From positions 1 through 58,776 of the forward strand of contig JBBTXQ010000018.1 in assembly GCA_038062165.1 (NCBI GenBank): a DNA stretch of 58,776 bases. Direction: 5' to 3'. The position numbers were made by a program, and so were the translations under genes. Position 1 is the first letter of the stretch, and every line of letters begins with the position of its first letter. Positions 24,426-32,861 of the stretch are shown here, one piece after another. Below the pieces are notes generated by a model. It was not told the DNA's origin. It saw only the letters and a program-made list of their open reading frames with translations, and did no database searches. The DNA comes from Patescibacteria group bacterium. Its GTDB lineage: Bacteria; Patescibacteriota; Minisyncoccia; Phycocordibacterales; DATDSR01.

Positions 24426-24833
24426 ATGAAAGAAAGAGAATATGCAAAGTACGGAAGAGTGATCAGGCCAGAATTTGAGAAAGAAGACATAAAATTTTGG
24501 TTGGAAAGTTATTATAAAAGATATGGAACGGAGTATTCTCATCCCAACATGCCTGACAAGCCAGCTAAGTTCAAAGACATGACCGTCAGTCAGGCCCGAG
24601 AGATTCTCCGTGTTCTAAGAGAGTGGAAAGTTGACGAGATGAAAGAACATTCTAGGACGGCTACTGGTTATCAGGAAGGAGATCCAGGTCACGATTATGC
24701 CGTCGCGAAAGGTGATGTTGCACAAAAGGGAGCTGGGAATATTAACGAAGTAGAGTCGTTTTTACTTGGCCAACCGGAGTCGATGACAATGAAAGAATTC
24801 CTCGGCTTAACAGAAAACGACAAGGCCGCCTGA
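24426..24833 (+). CDS. Hypothetical protein (135 aa)
   Basis: Clean ORF. I recognise no family. Confidence 0.5.
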   Translation: MKEREYAKYGRVIRPEFEKEDIKFWLESYYKRYGTEYSHPNMPDKPAKFKDMTVSQAREILRVLREWKVDEMKEHSRTATGYQEGDPGHDYAVAKGDVAQKGAGNINEVESFLLGQPESMTMKEFLGLTENDKAA

Positions 24834-24843
24834 TTCTCTAAGA

Positions 24844-25185
24844 TCATTTTACAAACTCTACGACGCGTTTGAAGACTTGAGGTTGGTGTTCGGCTAGTCC
24901 GGCTAGGATTTTGCGATCGAGCCTAACTCCTTTTTTGTCTAGCACGTGGATGAACTTAGAATACGATAAGCCTAATGGTTTGACTGTTGCGCCGATTTTA
25001 ATATTCCATAATCTCCTGAAATCACTTTTCTTGTCACGCCTGTGCGCTCTTGCGTATGCTAGCGCTTTCGTTACTGCTACTTTAGCAGCGCGCTCTTTGG
25101 TACTCCTGCCGTGACGGTAGCCCTTAGCTGCTTTGAGCAGATTGCGACGACGCTTAAGTGCATGTACTCCCTTTTTAATTCTCAT
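24844..25185 (-). CDS. rplT: 50S ribosomal protein L20
   Basis: MRIKKGVHALKRRRNLLKAAKGYRHGRS...AYARAHRRDKK. Confidence 0.95.
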   Translation of the reverse strand: MRIKKGVHALKRRRNLLKAAKGYRHGRSTKERAAKVAVTKALAYARAHRRDKKSDFRRLWNIKIGATVKPLGLSYSKFIHVLDKKGVRLDRKILAGLAEHQPQVFKRVVEFVK

Positions 25186-25216
25186 TGTTTAGGTATTAGT
25201 TGCTAGGTATTAGGTA

Positions 25217-25408
25217 CTAGATATTTGGAAGATTACGAGCGATCGTCTTGGCTGACATATGGAAGACTCGACCGCGTTTGGCGTCCAGCTGACTACTGCG
25301 CGAGGCCTTGGCGTTGAAATGGTTCTGTCCTGCCTTGCGCACCAAGAATTTGCCATTTCTGGTGATCTTAATTCGCTTCGTGAATGATTTGTTTGTTTTT
25401 GCTCCCAT
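25217..25408 (-). CDS. rpmI: 50S ribosomal protein L35
   Basis: MGAKTNKSFTKRIKITRNGKFLVRKAGQNHFNAK, lying between infC and rplT. Confidence 0.85.
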   Translation of the reverse strand: MGAKTNKSFTKRIKITRNGKFLVRKAGQNHFNAKASRSSQLDAKRGRVFHMSAKTIARNLPNI

Positions 25409-25409
25409 A

Positions 25410-25925
25410 TTATTTTCTAACACGCTCGATTGTCACAGATAATCCTTTGGGGCCCGGTTTGACGTCGTCAACAACTCTAAATTCTTCGGTAATTAATTTC
25501 AAAATTCTATCAAGTCGTTCTTTCAAGAAACCCTTGTCCATGTACTTGGCTCGGCCCCGCAGATATAGATCAACTTTCACTCTATGGCCTGCACTCAAGA
25601 ACTTACTTGCTTGGCCGGCCTTGAGGTCAAGATCGTGATCTCCAGTGCCAATCTTGACCTGAATATTTTTGGTCTCTTGAACGTGCGTTTTGGCCTTGGC
25701 CTCCTTCTGCTTCTTGCTCTCCTGATATTGCCATTTGCCGAAGTCTATTATCTTGGCAACTGGGGGAGTGGCCGTGGGCGAAATTTCTACCAAATCCAAT
25801 CCATATTCCTCTGATTTTGCAAGAGCTTGGTCTCGGGAAAGAACACCCAAATTAGTGCCGTCATGCACGAGTACACGCAATTCTTTAGCCTGGATCTCGT
25901 GATTTATACGAATGCCCCTATTCAC
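25410..25925 (-). CDS. infC: Translation initiation factor IF-3 (start uncertain; the GTG at 25925 is proposed)
   Basis: INHEIQAKELRVL...LVEISPTATPPVAKIIDFGKWQYQ...VQVKIGTGDHDLD. The long ORF up to 25985 would overlap the smpB start. Confidence 0.85.
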   Translation of the reverse strand: MNRGIRINHEIQAKELRVLVHDGTNLGVLSRDQALAKSEEYGLDLVEISPTATPPVAKIIDFGKWQYQESKKQKEAKAKTHVQETKNIQVKIGTGDHDLDLKAGQASKFLSAGHRVKVDLYLRGRAKYMDKGFLKERLDRILKLITEEFRVVDDVKPGPKGLSVTIERVRK

Positions 25926-25972
25926 TTCTGCAAATTCATACGAAAAGGAGTATATACTAAATATAGAAATGT

Positions 25973-25978
25973 TACAAT
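25973..25978 (+). promoter_or_regulatory. -10 box 5 nt upstream of the smpB ATG (leaderless-type arrangement)
   Basis: TACAAT-aggcc-ATG. Confidence 0.4.
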
Positions 25979-25983
25979 AGGCC

Positions 25984-26430
25984 ATGGCTACTTTGCTAGA
26001 AAATAAGAAGGTCTGGCATGATTACGAGATACTCGAACGTTTCGAGGCGGGGATTGTGCTCTTGGGGACGGAAGTTAAATCGTTACGCTCTGCTCATGGC
26101 GTCTTGGCTGGTTCGCATGTTTTAGTCAGGGGTGCTGAAGTGTACATTGTGGGCATGCAAGTTCCAGCGTACCAGATTGCGAACGCAGGCAAGGATTATG
26201 ATCCATCACGAACGCGCAAGTTACTACTCACTCAAAATGAGATAGCCACGCTCTCTGGTTTGAGCGCGCGCAAGGGTCTGACAATAGTGCCACTGTCTGT
26301 TTATACAAAAAGTAAAAAGATTAAACTTGAAATCGCGATCGTAAAAGGCAAGAAGAAGTTCGATAAGCGTGAGGATATTAAGAAGCGTGACGACAAGCGC
26401 GCAATTGCCAGATTAATGCGAAATAAATGA
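25984..26430 (+). CDS. smpB: SsrA-binding protein SmpB
   Basis: ENKKVWHDYEILERFEAGIVLLGTEVKSLR...LVPLSVY...KLEIAIVKGKKKFDKRE. Confidence 0.9.
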   Translation: MATLLENKKVWHDYEILERFEAGIVLLGTEVKSLRSAHGVLAGSHVLVRGAEVYIVGMQVPAYQIANAGKDYDPSRTRKLLLTQNEIATLSGLSARKGLTIVPLSVYTKSKKIKLEIAIVKGKKKFDKREDIKKRDDKRAIARLMRNK

Positions 26431-27233
26431 ACAGAAAAATTTGGGTGTTTGCAGTTTTGAGCATTGTTGCAACTTTAGCTTTTCGAGTTTGGGTTTTGAA
26501 TCCTGAACTTTCTCTTGCTGTGAGTGACTCGTTCTCTGACGTATCAAGCTTATTTAACAATCTGTCTGGTTCGATGCTTGCGTCGGCGAGTTCTCGGATT
26601 GTGTATGTACGAGAGGGAATGCGCAAAGAAGAAGTGGGCGAACTATTTGCTCGCAAACTAGATTGGAATGATACCCAAAAGTTAGCATTCTTGAGAGGTC
26701 CAGAGGGTGAGTATTATCCTGGCACTTATTCTATTTCAAATAGCAAGGATGAGAACGTAATGCGAGAGTTAATGCTACACAGATTCGAGCGCGAAGTTGA
26801 AGAAAGATTGTCGAGCAGTACCAAGAGTGTGGTATCAATTCCGACGATTATTAAAGTGGCTTCAATAATTGAGCGCGAAGCGGGCGGGAAGAGAGACATG
26901 AGGCTTATCTCTGGCGTGATCTGGAATCGTATTTTTACCGACATGAATTTGCAAATAGATGCAACTGTTCAATATGCCATTGGGACAGAAGAGAAAGGCT
27001 GGTGGCCGACAGTCTATCCAGAGGACTTACACGTAGAGTCACCCTTTAATACATACAAATATGAAGGTTTCCCGCCGGCTCCCATCTCTAATCCCGGGTT
27101 AGCGTCAATAGACGCGGCCATGAACCCGGCCAAAACAAAATGCTTGTTTTATATCCACGACAAGAGACGTCGCATCCATTGCGCTGAAACATACGAAGGC
27201 CACAAGAAAAATATAAACAGATATCTTAAATAG
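26427..27233 (+). CDS. mltG: Endolytic transglycosylase MltG (YceG-like)
   Basis: N-terminal TM helix, ASIIEREAG, and SPFNTYKYEGFPPAPISNPGLASIDAAMNP. Confidence 0.85.
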   Translation: MNRKIWVFAVLSIVATLAFRVWVLNPELSLAVSDSFSDVSSLFNNLSGSMLASASSRIVYVREGMRKEEVGELFARKLDWNDTQKLAFLRGPEGEYYPGTYSISNSKDENVMRELMLHRFEREVEERLSSSTKSVVSIPTIIKVASIIEREAGGKRDMRLISGVIWNRIFTDMNLQIDATVQYAIGTEEKGWWPTVYPEDLHVESPFNTYKYEGFPPAPISNPGLASIDAAMNPAKTKCLFYIHDKRRRIHCAETYEGHKKNINRYLK

Positions 27234-27346
27234 CTTGACTTAGGTAAGAAAGTGTGTATAATTGGGGGTAGAGGTAAAGTAGAAGGTTGGGATACCAAAA
27301 AAATAACGAGGTCGATAACGGCCCGTCAGAAGTAAGGAGCCCACCA

Positions 27347-27703
27347 ATGAGTTTGAAAAGTCTTTTCAAGAAACTCGCTCTCGCCGTGCGAGTGCCGCGG
27401 GAATTGCTCATGGGCAAGACGCATGAGCCCAGGGTGTTTGAGTCTGATTTGTCCTCCAACCCGAACCACTACGAGCTCTCGGCACATCTGGGTTACCAGT
27501 GTGCAGATATCCCGGAGCCGTTGCCGGGCCGCCACGAGGTCACGCTCTGTGCTACTCTCCAGAAGGTGGAGGACGAGAGAGCTGTGGAAGAGGCGCGTGT
27601 TGCGGCAGAGCGAGATGAATCGCTCATTGCCCTGCGCAAGTTCTGGGCAAGAGTTGAGGAGGGCAAGGCCCACTCGGCCCATGCGGTGGCGGCGAGAAGA
27701 TAA
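27347..27703 (+). CDS. Hypothetical protein (GC-richer orphan, 118 aa)
   Basis: TAAGGAG lies 7 nt upstream of ATG 27347. A hairpin gggctc...gagccc (27713-27740) follows the stop. I recognise no family. Confidence 0.5.
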   Translation: MSLKSLFKKLALAVRVPRELLMGKTHEPRVFESDLSSNPNHYELSAHLGYQCADIPEPLPGRHEVTLCATLQKVEDERAVEEARVAAERDESLIALRKFWARVEEGKAHSAHAVAARR

Positions 27704-27830
27704 GCAGTGTAGGAAGGGCTCTCGACAGAACGTCGGAGCCCAACCTAATATCTTAGAACTTTGAAAATTATGACCTAAATCCGTATTTCGGATCGGTCAA
27801 GCCGGTCACTCACTAAAACATTACGACCTG

Positions 27831-27836
27831 TATAAT
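27831..27836 (+). promoter_or_regulatory. -10 box abutting the GIY-YIG start codons (leaderless-type)
   Basis: TATAAT-tga-ATGATG. Confidence 0.4.
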
Positions 27837-27839
27837 TGA

Positions 27840-28169
27840 ATGATGATTTTCACCGTCTATATTCTCTACTCAGCAAAGACGCGAACTCTATATGTTGGAT
27901 GTACATCTGATCTAGACAATAGGCTTAATAAGCATTTTCGAGGAGAAGTTTTTTCAACCAAAAACAAAAGGCCACTATCCTTGATTCATCAGGAATTATT
28001 CAAGGACAAGGGGAAAGCATTTCAACGAGAAAGATTCCTAAAAAGCCTTTGGGGCGCAAGAGAGAAGAAAAAAATATTGACTAATTACCTATCTGTTTTA
28101 GGGCTAAATCAATCGCTTTGCGATTGGTCGCCCGAACATTGCGACATGTCGCAATGTTTTAGGGGATGA
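27840..28169 (+). CDS. GIY-YIG nuclease family small protein; the 3' tail reads into a repeat and the tmRNA 5' end
   Basis: FTVYILYSAKTRTLYVGCTSDLDNRLNKH...RERFLKSLWGAREKKKIL. The last 20 or so codons translate the repeat at 28101-28165. Confidence 0.7.
   Translation: MMIFTVYILYSAKTRTLYVGCTSDLDNRLNKHFRGEVFSTKNKRPLSLIHQELFKDKGKAFQRERFLKSLWGAREKKKILTNYLSVLGLNQSLCDWSPEHCDMSQCFRG
28101..28165 (+). repeat. Two-hairpin GGGCTAAATC...AATGTTTTAGGGG element, copy b
   Basis: gggctaaatCAATCGCtttGCGATTGgtcgcccgAACATTGCGACAtGTCGCAATGTTttagggg. Its terminal GGGG is the first 4 nt of the tmRNA. Confidence 0.55.
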
Positions 28170-28558
28170 TCGGCCTAGACATAGATCGTGCACTTTGTGC
28201 GCAAGTCGTGAGAGTATGTGTCACGCTAATCACACATGCAAAAGTTACCTGCAAAGGAAACTAATGGGGAGCAGGGTTCATTTGTGGCTAGTCCATTTAT
28301 GTTCTCTGCTTTCGCGCTCGCTTAAGTCGAGCGCCATTCTATCCGCAAGAAGCTTCGGTAACGGATAGGGTGTAACCACAGGAGCTAGCCCAGCCCTTAA
28401 CTTCAAGGGCTGGGTGAAATAAAGAAGTTATACTGTGAGCGCTTTCGTTTATCTTCTATACTCACAGCGAAATCCGCCAGCTGGCGGAAAGATAAACTAA
28501 ACTTGTAGATCCACTCTCTGCATTTCTATGCACGGCGGTTCGATTCCGCCCATCTCCA
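28162..28558 (+). ncRNA. ssrA: tmRNA (SsrA)
   Basis: The 5' GGGGATG pairs with the 3' CATCTCC and includes a G3:U70 pair. T-arm GGCGGTTCGATTCCGCC. The tag ORF ends ...FSAFALA-TAA (stop 28323-28325), with a possible resume codon GCA at 28251. A terminator lies at 28617-28645. smpB is 1.7 kb upstream. Confidence 0.8.
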
Positions 28559-28616
28559 TTCGACTCCTTCGCTTTTAGCGAAGTCGCTCATGGTAAACCA
28601 CCATGAGAGAAAAACA

Positions 28617-28645
28617 AAAGCGCCCTTCGGGGTGCTTTTGTTTTG
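28617..28645 (+). terminator. Rho-independent terminator after tmRNA
   Basis: aaaagcgccc-ttcg-gggtgctttt followed by gtttt. Confidence 0.7.
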
Positions 28646-28708
28646 TGGCGAATGCCCTGAGTGAGGAACACAGTGACGAATCGAACGGGCCGGAATATAC
28701 TCTTATCT

Positions 28709-28912
28709 ATGTACTTCGTTTACATGCTCAAAAATAGTTTCAATGATTTATACACCGGCATAACCGAAAACCCAACAGAACGCCTGAACTATCACAACTC
28801 AAAGCTGGGTGCACGGTTTACAAAAAACAAGCAAGCTTTTAATATTGTCTTTCTTGAGCAACACCAAACTCTTGCTGAAGCCCGCAAACGCGAAATCCAA
28901 ATCAAGAAGTAG
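28709..28912 (+). CDS. GIY-YIG nuclease family small protein, ending at a TAG that occupies a conserved Trp position (homology continues to 28981)
   Basis: MYFVYMLKNSFNDLYTGITENPTERLNYHN...ARKREIQIKK-TAG-RREKKELLIERY. TATACT lies 7 nt upstream of the ATG. Confidence 0.65.
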   Translation: MYFVYMLKNSFNDLYTGITENPTERLNYHNSKLGARFTKNKQAFNIVFLEQHQTLAEARKREIQIKK

Positions 28913-29084
28913 CGCAGGGAAAAGAAGGAGCTGTTGATCGAAAGATACTCCAGAGGTTTGCCTACCAAGCAACGGTGTTAATATATTATTCGCGACCGAT
29001 TACGCCCATCTCTTTCAATACGGAGGCTTAGCCTCCACAAGATAAGTTCTAGACACGATCATCTGTTGGCACTACAATTAAGCC

Positions 29085-29435
29085 GTGACAGAACAAGACA
29101 ACAGTGGCTGGGTGTGGGGTATCCTGCTTATTGTCGTATTAGCATGGCTCTTGTGGCCCATGATTAAACCCTCCGAAACGGAAGGAAAGTGGCGGGCTAC
29201 CTACTACCCAGACGGTTGTCTTAACTGTTCAGATAGGGGGATATCCAGCCCATTTTTCGATACTGTAAACGAATGTACAGTGTGGGTTCACCAAAAGAAG
29301 TTGGAGCGTAATCATCTCAATAATTCAATGGATACAGCAGAATGTGGGTTTGATTGCAAAATGAATTACGACTTGGGAGCTGGGATCGAAGTCTGCAAGG
29401 AAACAGTAGATGTGTTTGGTAAGCCTAGTTTTTAG
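29085..29435 (+). CDS. Hypothetical membrane-anchored Cys-rich protein
   Basis: N-terminal TM helix WVWGILLIVVLAWLLWPMI; GTG start. I recognise no family. Confidence 0.45.
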   Translation: MTEQDNSGWVWGILLIVVLAWLLWPMIKPSETEGKWRATYYPDGCLNCSDRGISSPFFDTVNECTVWVHQKKLERNHLNNSMDTAECGFDCKMNYDLGAGIEVCKETVDVFGKPSF

Positions 29436-29487
29436 ACCAGAGATATTACCCCCCACAAATATCAAAAGAAAATAAGCATCAACTATT

Positions 29488-29805
29488 ATGGATCTACCGG
29501 CATTAAATTTGAAAGACGTCTTTAGGTCACTCGGAAAACAAACTGTGTATCTAACACTGACACTTTTGAGTGGTATATTTATCGTTTTCTCAATTATTTA
29601 TGATAGATATATTTTGTTCGGAATCATGGTGTTTCTCTATGCAATTGTGGGTGTTTTCTGGAGGTTTTGTATAAAAGATCTACAAGACCTTTACCCTAAT
29701 GCAAAAAAGCAACTTACTATAATATTTCACATCGGCAACTTTGATTTGCTAGCCATTCTTTTGTATTGCCTCGAACACATCTTGCTTGCTACTATTTTCG
29801 TATAG
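29488..29805 (+). CDS. Hypothetical membrane protein
   Basis: About three predicted hydrophobic helices. I recognise no family. Confidence 0.45.
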   Translation: MDLPALNLKDVFRSLGKQTVYLTLTLLSGIFIVFSIIYDRYILFGIMVFLYAIVGVFWRFCIKDLQDLYPNAKKQLTIIFHIGNFDLLAILLYCLEHILLATIFV

Positions 29806-29867
29806 CACACGCAATCTTTTGGTGTAACGAGCGGCCTATTTGTTGGACGTCCGAAACACGCAACCTA

Positions 29868-30089
29868 TCAGTAAGGCCTGGCGTAGTCCCACCTACTTTC
29901 CTCAATCTGGTCATCCATTATAACCTCATACGGTTTACTCTGGTGAATTTTACGCTCATCGTTCGCAACATAAGTTAGGATAACAAACACGACAGCAACA
30001 AAGAGTAGCAAACCGAGGGTTTGCAAAATTTTTTCACCCAACCAAGACCACAAAGGGCTGGGGAAATTTTTGGTAAACCAATCTTTCAT
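29868..30089 (-). CDS. Hypothetical small membrane protein
   Basis: One TM helix (LGLLLFVAVVFVILTYV). I recognise no family. Confidence 0.4.
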   Translation of the reverse strand: MKDWFTKNFPSPLWSWLGEKILQTLGLLLFVAVVFVILTYVANDERKIHQSKPYEVIMDDQIEESRWDYARPY

Positions 30090-30109
30090 ATTTTGATAAA
30101 AATCAAAGA

Positions 30110-30805
30110 TTATTTTTCTATTAGGAATTCGCTTGACTCGTAGTCCTTAATAATTTTACCTGCCTGGCTCCAGTCGAAGTATGTTGATTGACACTCTGCA
30201 TCAAGGTTTGTTGGGCTAATAGGTGTAGTTTTCCTAAGATAATCTTCTGAACAATTGATAACGGTATAGTCGTTTTCATAAATGCACGATGCGTGAGTGT
30301 TGATATATGTCAGGCTCGTGCAAAAATTGTAATCAGCCCTTACCTTATTTTTCCTTTTGTTACACTCATAAACAGCATCTTGAACACTATTTTCAATGAT
30401 AGGCTTATAACACTCCGCAACTTTTGGCGTCAATTCATCGTAATGCTCTTTAGCTTCAGCATACTCTTTTTTCGCTTCGACTTTTGCTTGTTCATCTGCT
30501 CTTATTTTCTTTGCCCTATCTATCGGAATGAGCACTAAACCGATCGCTAAGACACTCAGGCTAACGACAAAAAGGATTGCCTGAAGTTTTGACGTCCTCC
30601 CCTTCTGAATTTTTACCCCTTTAATTACATACCGTATGATTCTGATTACAAATTCTGTGACTAAATAAAACACAACCATTCCTAAGCCTGAACTAACAAG
30701 AGCTACCCAAGTGGTAGTCCAAGAATCAAAGAAAACTCCATTAACGGCTGTGCCTAAACCGACGAGGGCAACCAGTAGTAACCAGTAATATGTACAACAT
30801 TCCAA
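30110..30805 (-). CDS. Hypothetical membrane protein with a Cys-rich C-terminal domain
   Basis: Several N-terminal TM helices, a Lys/Glu coiled segment, then multiple Cys residues. Confidence 0.5.
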   Translation of the reverse strand: MECCTYYWLLLVALVGLGTAVNGVFFDSWTTTWVALVSSGLGMVVFYLVTEFVIRIIRYVIKGVKIQKGRTSKLQAILFVVSLSVLAIGLVLIPIDRAKKIRADEQAKVEAKKEYAEAKEHYDELTPKVAECYKPIIENSVQDAVYECNKRKNKVRADYNFCTSLTYINTHASCIYENDYTVINCSEDYLRKTTPISPTNLDAECQSTYFDWSQAGKIIKDYESSEFLIEK

Positions 30806-30983
30806 AACCTACCAACTCCAGCCTTTAGTTCTTTTCCGACACCTTCTTTATTTTGCTCAATATTATTATCCATCGGACTAGTTTGTTTAACTCCCTATTT
30901 GTGACTCCTAAATGCTAGCACAAGGAGTGGTACATATCCACACCGAAACTTGCTATTTTGTATAAATTCGGTATATTAGCAAT

Positions 30984-31583
30984 ATGGCTAAGTTAGTGAA
31001 CCGTGCTGATTTTGTGGCTAAGATTAAGGCTAGGGGGATAGTCCTCTTTTCACCGCGCGATATACAAACAGTGTTCGGAGTTTCTAAGGTTGCTGCCACT
31101 TTCTTACTCCATCGCTATAAAAAAGGAGGTATTATCGTTAGCGTCAAGCGGGGTTTATATTCTTTCCCAGACGCCTTACCTCCTGAATTGTATCTAGCCA
31201 ACAAGCTTTATAATCCATCTTATGTATCACGCGAGTTTGCACTTTCCTACCACGGGATCATTCCCGAGACTGTCTACGAGATAACATCAGTAACTACAAA
31301 GGCAACTCGGCGGTTTGAGACGGTGGGTAAAATATATTCGTATAGGCGAATCAAGAAATCAGCATTTACAGGATACGTTGTGGAGAAACAGCGTGGATTT
31401 ACTTTCCGCATCGCAGATATTGAAAAAGCTTTTGTTGACAGCCTTTACTACCGAGTCCTTTTTAGCAAGAAACCTATTAGTCGTTTTGACAAGACTAAAA
31501 TTAACAAAGACAAGGCGCTTAAGTATGCGCAGTTATTTAATAATCAAAAACTTATTGCTATACTAAAAAGAACACTTCAATGA
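30984..31583 (+). CDS. abiEi: AbiEi-family antitoxin (type IV TA / abortive infection)
   Basis: N-terminal wHTH-like FSPRDIQTVFGVSKVAATFLLHRYKKGGIIVSVKRGLYSF. It overlaps the AbiEii gene by 4 nt. Confidence 0.8.
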   Translation: MAKLVNRADFVAKIKARGIVLFSPRDIQTVFGVSKVAATFLLHRYKKGGIIVSVKRGLYSFPDALPPELYLANKLYNPSYVSREFALSYHGIIPETVYEITSVTTKATRRFETVGKIYSYRRIKKSAFTGYVVEKQRGFTFRIADIEKAFVDSLYYRVLFSKKPISRFDKTKINKDKALKYAQLFNNQKLIAILKRTLQ

Positions 31584-32335
31584 TAGGGTCAGAAATATTT
31601 GAACGTATTGCTCGGCAGGAACAAACAAGTGTATTCCCAAACATTGTCCGTGAATACGCGCAACACTTGTTTCTGACAGAACTATACCAACTTCAAGGAT
31701 CGGAGAGGTTGCTTTTCAAGGGCGGAACTGCGCTACGTATTGTCTATAACTCGCCACGTTTTTCAGAGGATTTAGACTTCTCTTTATTTGGGGTATCAAT
31801 TCCAGAGGCTACAAAATTTGTGGAGGACTTATTTGTTGGTGTTCTCGCGAAAATGGAGGCGAACGGCATTCGTGTGGACATAAGTAACAAATCACACTCG
31901 ACAAGTGGCGGATACGTTGGATTAGCCACCCTACACGCAGATGGCTATGCGCCTATAAACATAGAGTTAAACATATCATTCCGTAATGGCCGTGTTGTTC
32001 AAGCAGAAGTTGATAGCATTAGTAATAATTTCGTGCCAACTTACACATTATACCATCTACCACAGGAAGAACTGGTTGACGAAAAAGTGTTTGGGGCACT
32101 CATGCAACGAAAGAAGCCTAGGGATTACTACGACCTATACTTTATAATGAGAAAAGGGATGTTGTCACAAGAGCAAAAGGGCAAGCTGGCCAAAGTTTCT
32201 GCACAGATTGTTAATGAGGCTAGCAAGGTTGATTTCCGTACCGAACTTGAGGCATTTCTACCAGCAAGCCAACAAGCTATCATTCGCAACTTTTCACAGA
32301 CGTTAGAACGTGAGATGAGAAATCAACTCGCGTAG
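31580..32335 (+). CDS. abiEii: AbiEii/AbiGii-family nucleotidyltransferase toxin
   Basis: LLFKGGTALRIVYNSPRFSEDLDFS and KPRDYYDLYFI motifs. Confidence 0.85.
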   Translation: MIGSEIFERIARQEQTSVFPNIVREYAQHLFLTELYQLQGSERLLFKGGTALRIVYNSPRFSEDLDFSLFGVSIPEATKFVEDLFVGVLAKMEANGIRVDISNKSHSTSGGYVGLATLHADGYAPINIELNISFRNGRVVQAEVDSISNNFVPTYTLYHLPQEELVDEKVFGALMQRKKPRDYYDLYFIMRKGMLSQEQKGKLAKVSAQIVNEASKVDFRTELEAFLPASQQAIIRNFSQTLEREMRNQLA

Positions 32336-32424
32336 GCAACTTTGGCTAAATCGGGAATGTAAACGTAACCTTTTGTATTGTGAATCATAGTTCCAACACC
32401 CTTCACTGTGTTCCACCACTTCGC

Positions 32425-32453
32425 AAAAAAGGTCCCTTGGGGGACCTTTTTTT
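32425..32453. terminator. Hairpin flanked by an A-run and a T-run
   Basis: aaaaaaggtccc-ttg-ggggacc-ttttttt. Confidence 0.7.
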
Positions 32454-32562
32454 GCTTCGCGGTGCACGCACCTAACTTTGATAAATAATGGAGAGTCGTT
32501 TGTAAATTAACGTCGGCATTGCGAGAAGTGGTAGGACCCTGCGTAGCGTTAGCGAAGCAGGG

Positions 32563-32568
32563 TATAAT
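32563..32568 (+). promoter_or_regulatory. -10 box 6 nt upstream of the GIY-YIG ATG (leaderless-type)
   Basis: TATAAT-tatcaa-ATG. Confidence 0.45.
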
Positions 32569-32574
32569 TATCAA

Positions 32575-32811
32575 ATGTTTTACGTTTACATACTTAAAGA
32601 CGAGACAGGTAGAAAGTACATTGGTTGCACTTTTGATTTAAAAAATCGTATAGCTGAACATAACGCAGGAGAAACAAAATCGACTAAAAATCGTGGGCGT
32701 CAATCTTTAGTCTGGTACGGTTGTTTTCCTAGCAGGAAGTTAGCTTATGATTTTGAAAGTTACCTTAAATCCAGCTCCGGCCACGCTTTCACCCGCAAAC
32801 ATTTAATCTAA
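32575..32811 (+). CDS. GIY-YIG nuclease family small protein
   Basis: MFYVYILKDETGRKYIGCTFDLKNRIAEHNAGETKSTK. Confidence 0.75.
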   Translation: MFYVYILKDETGRKYIGCTFDLKNRIAEHNAGETKSTKNRGRQSLVWYGCFPSRKLAYDFESYLKSSSGHAFTRKHLI

Positions 32812-32861
32812 CAAGAGACTCTTAATTGAGAGCCTTTTGTTTATAACGGGGTTGGCCTATA

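Noticed and set aside
25926-25985. Extending infC to the ATG at 25985
   Set aside because: The extra 20 residues (MAYCNISIFSIYSFSYEFAE) are not IF-3-like and would overlap the divergent smpB start and its -10 box. IF-3 genes commonly use non-ATG starts, so the GTG at 25925 is more plausible, though unproven.
32323-32574. 83-aa minus-strand ORF between abiEii and the GIY-YIG gene
   Set aside because: It spans a hairpin terminator with A/T runs on both sides and the GIY-YIG promoter region. It has no start signal or family resemblance.
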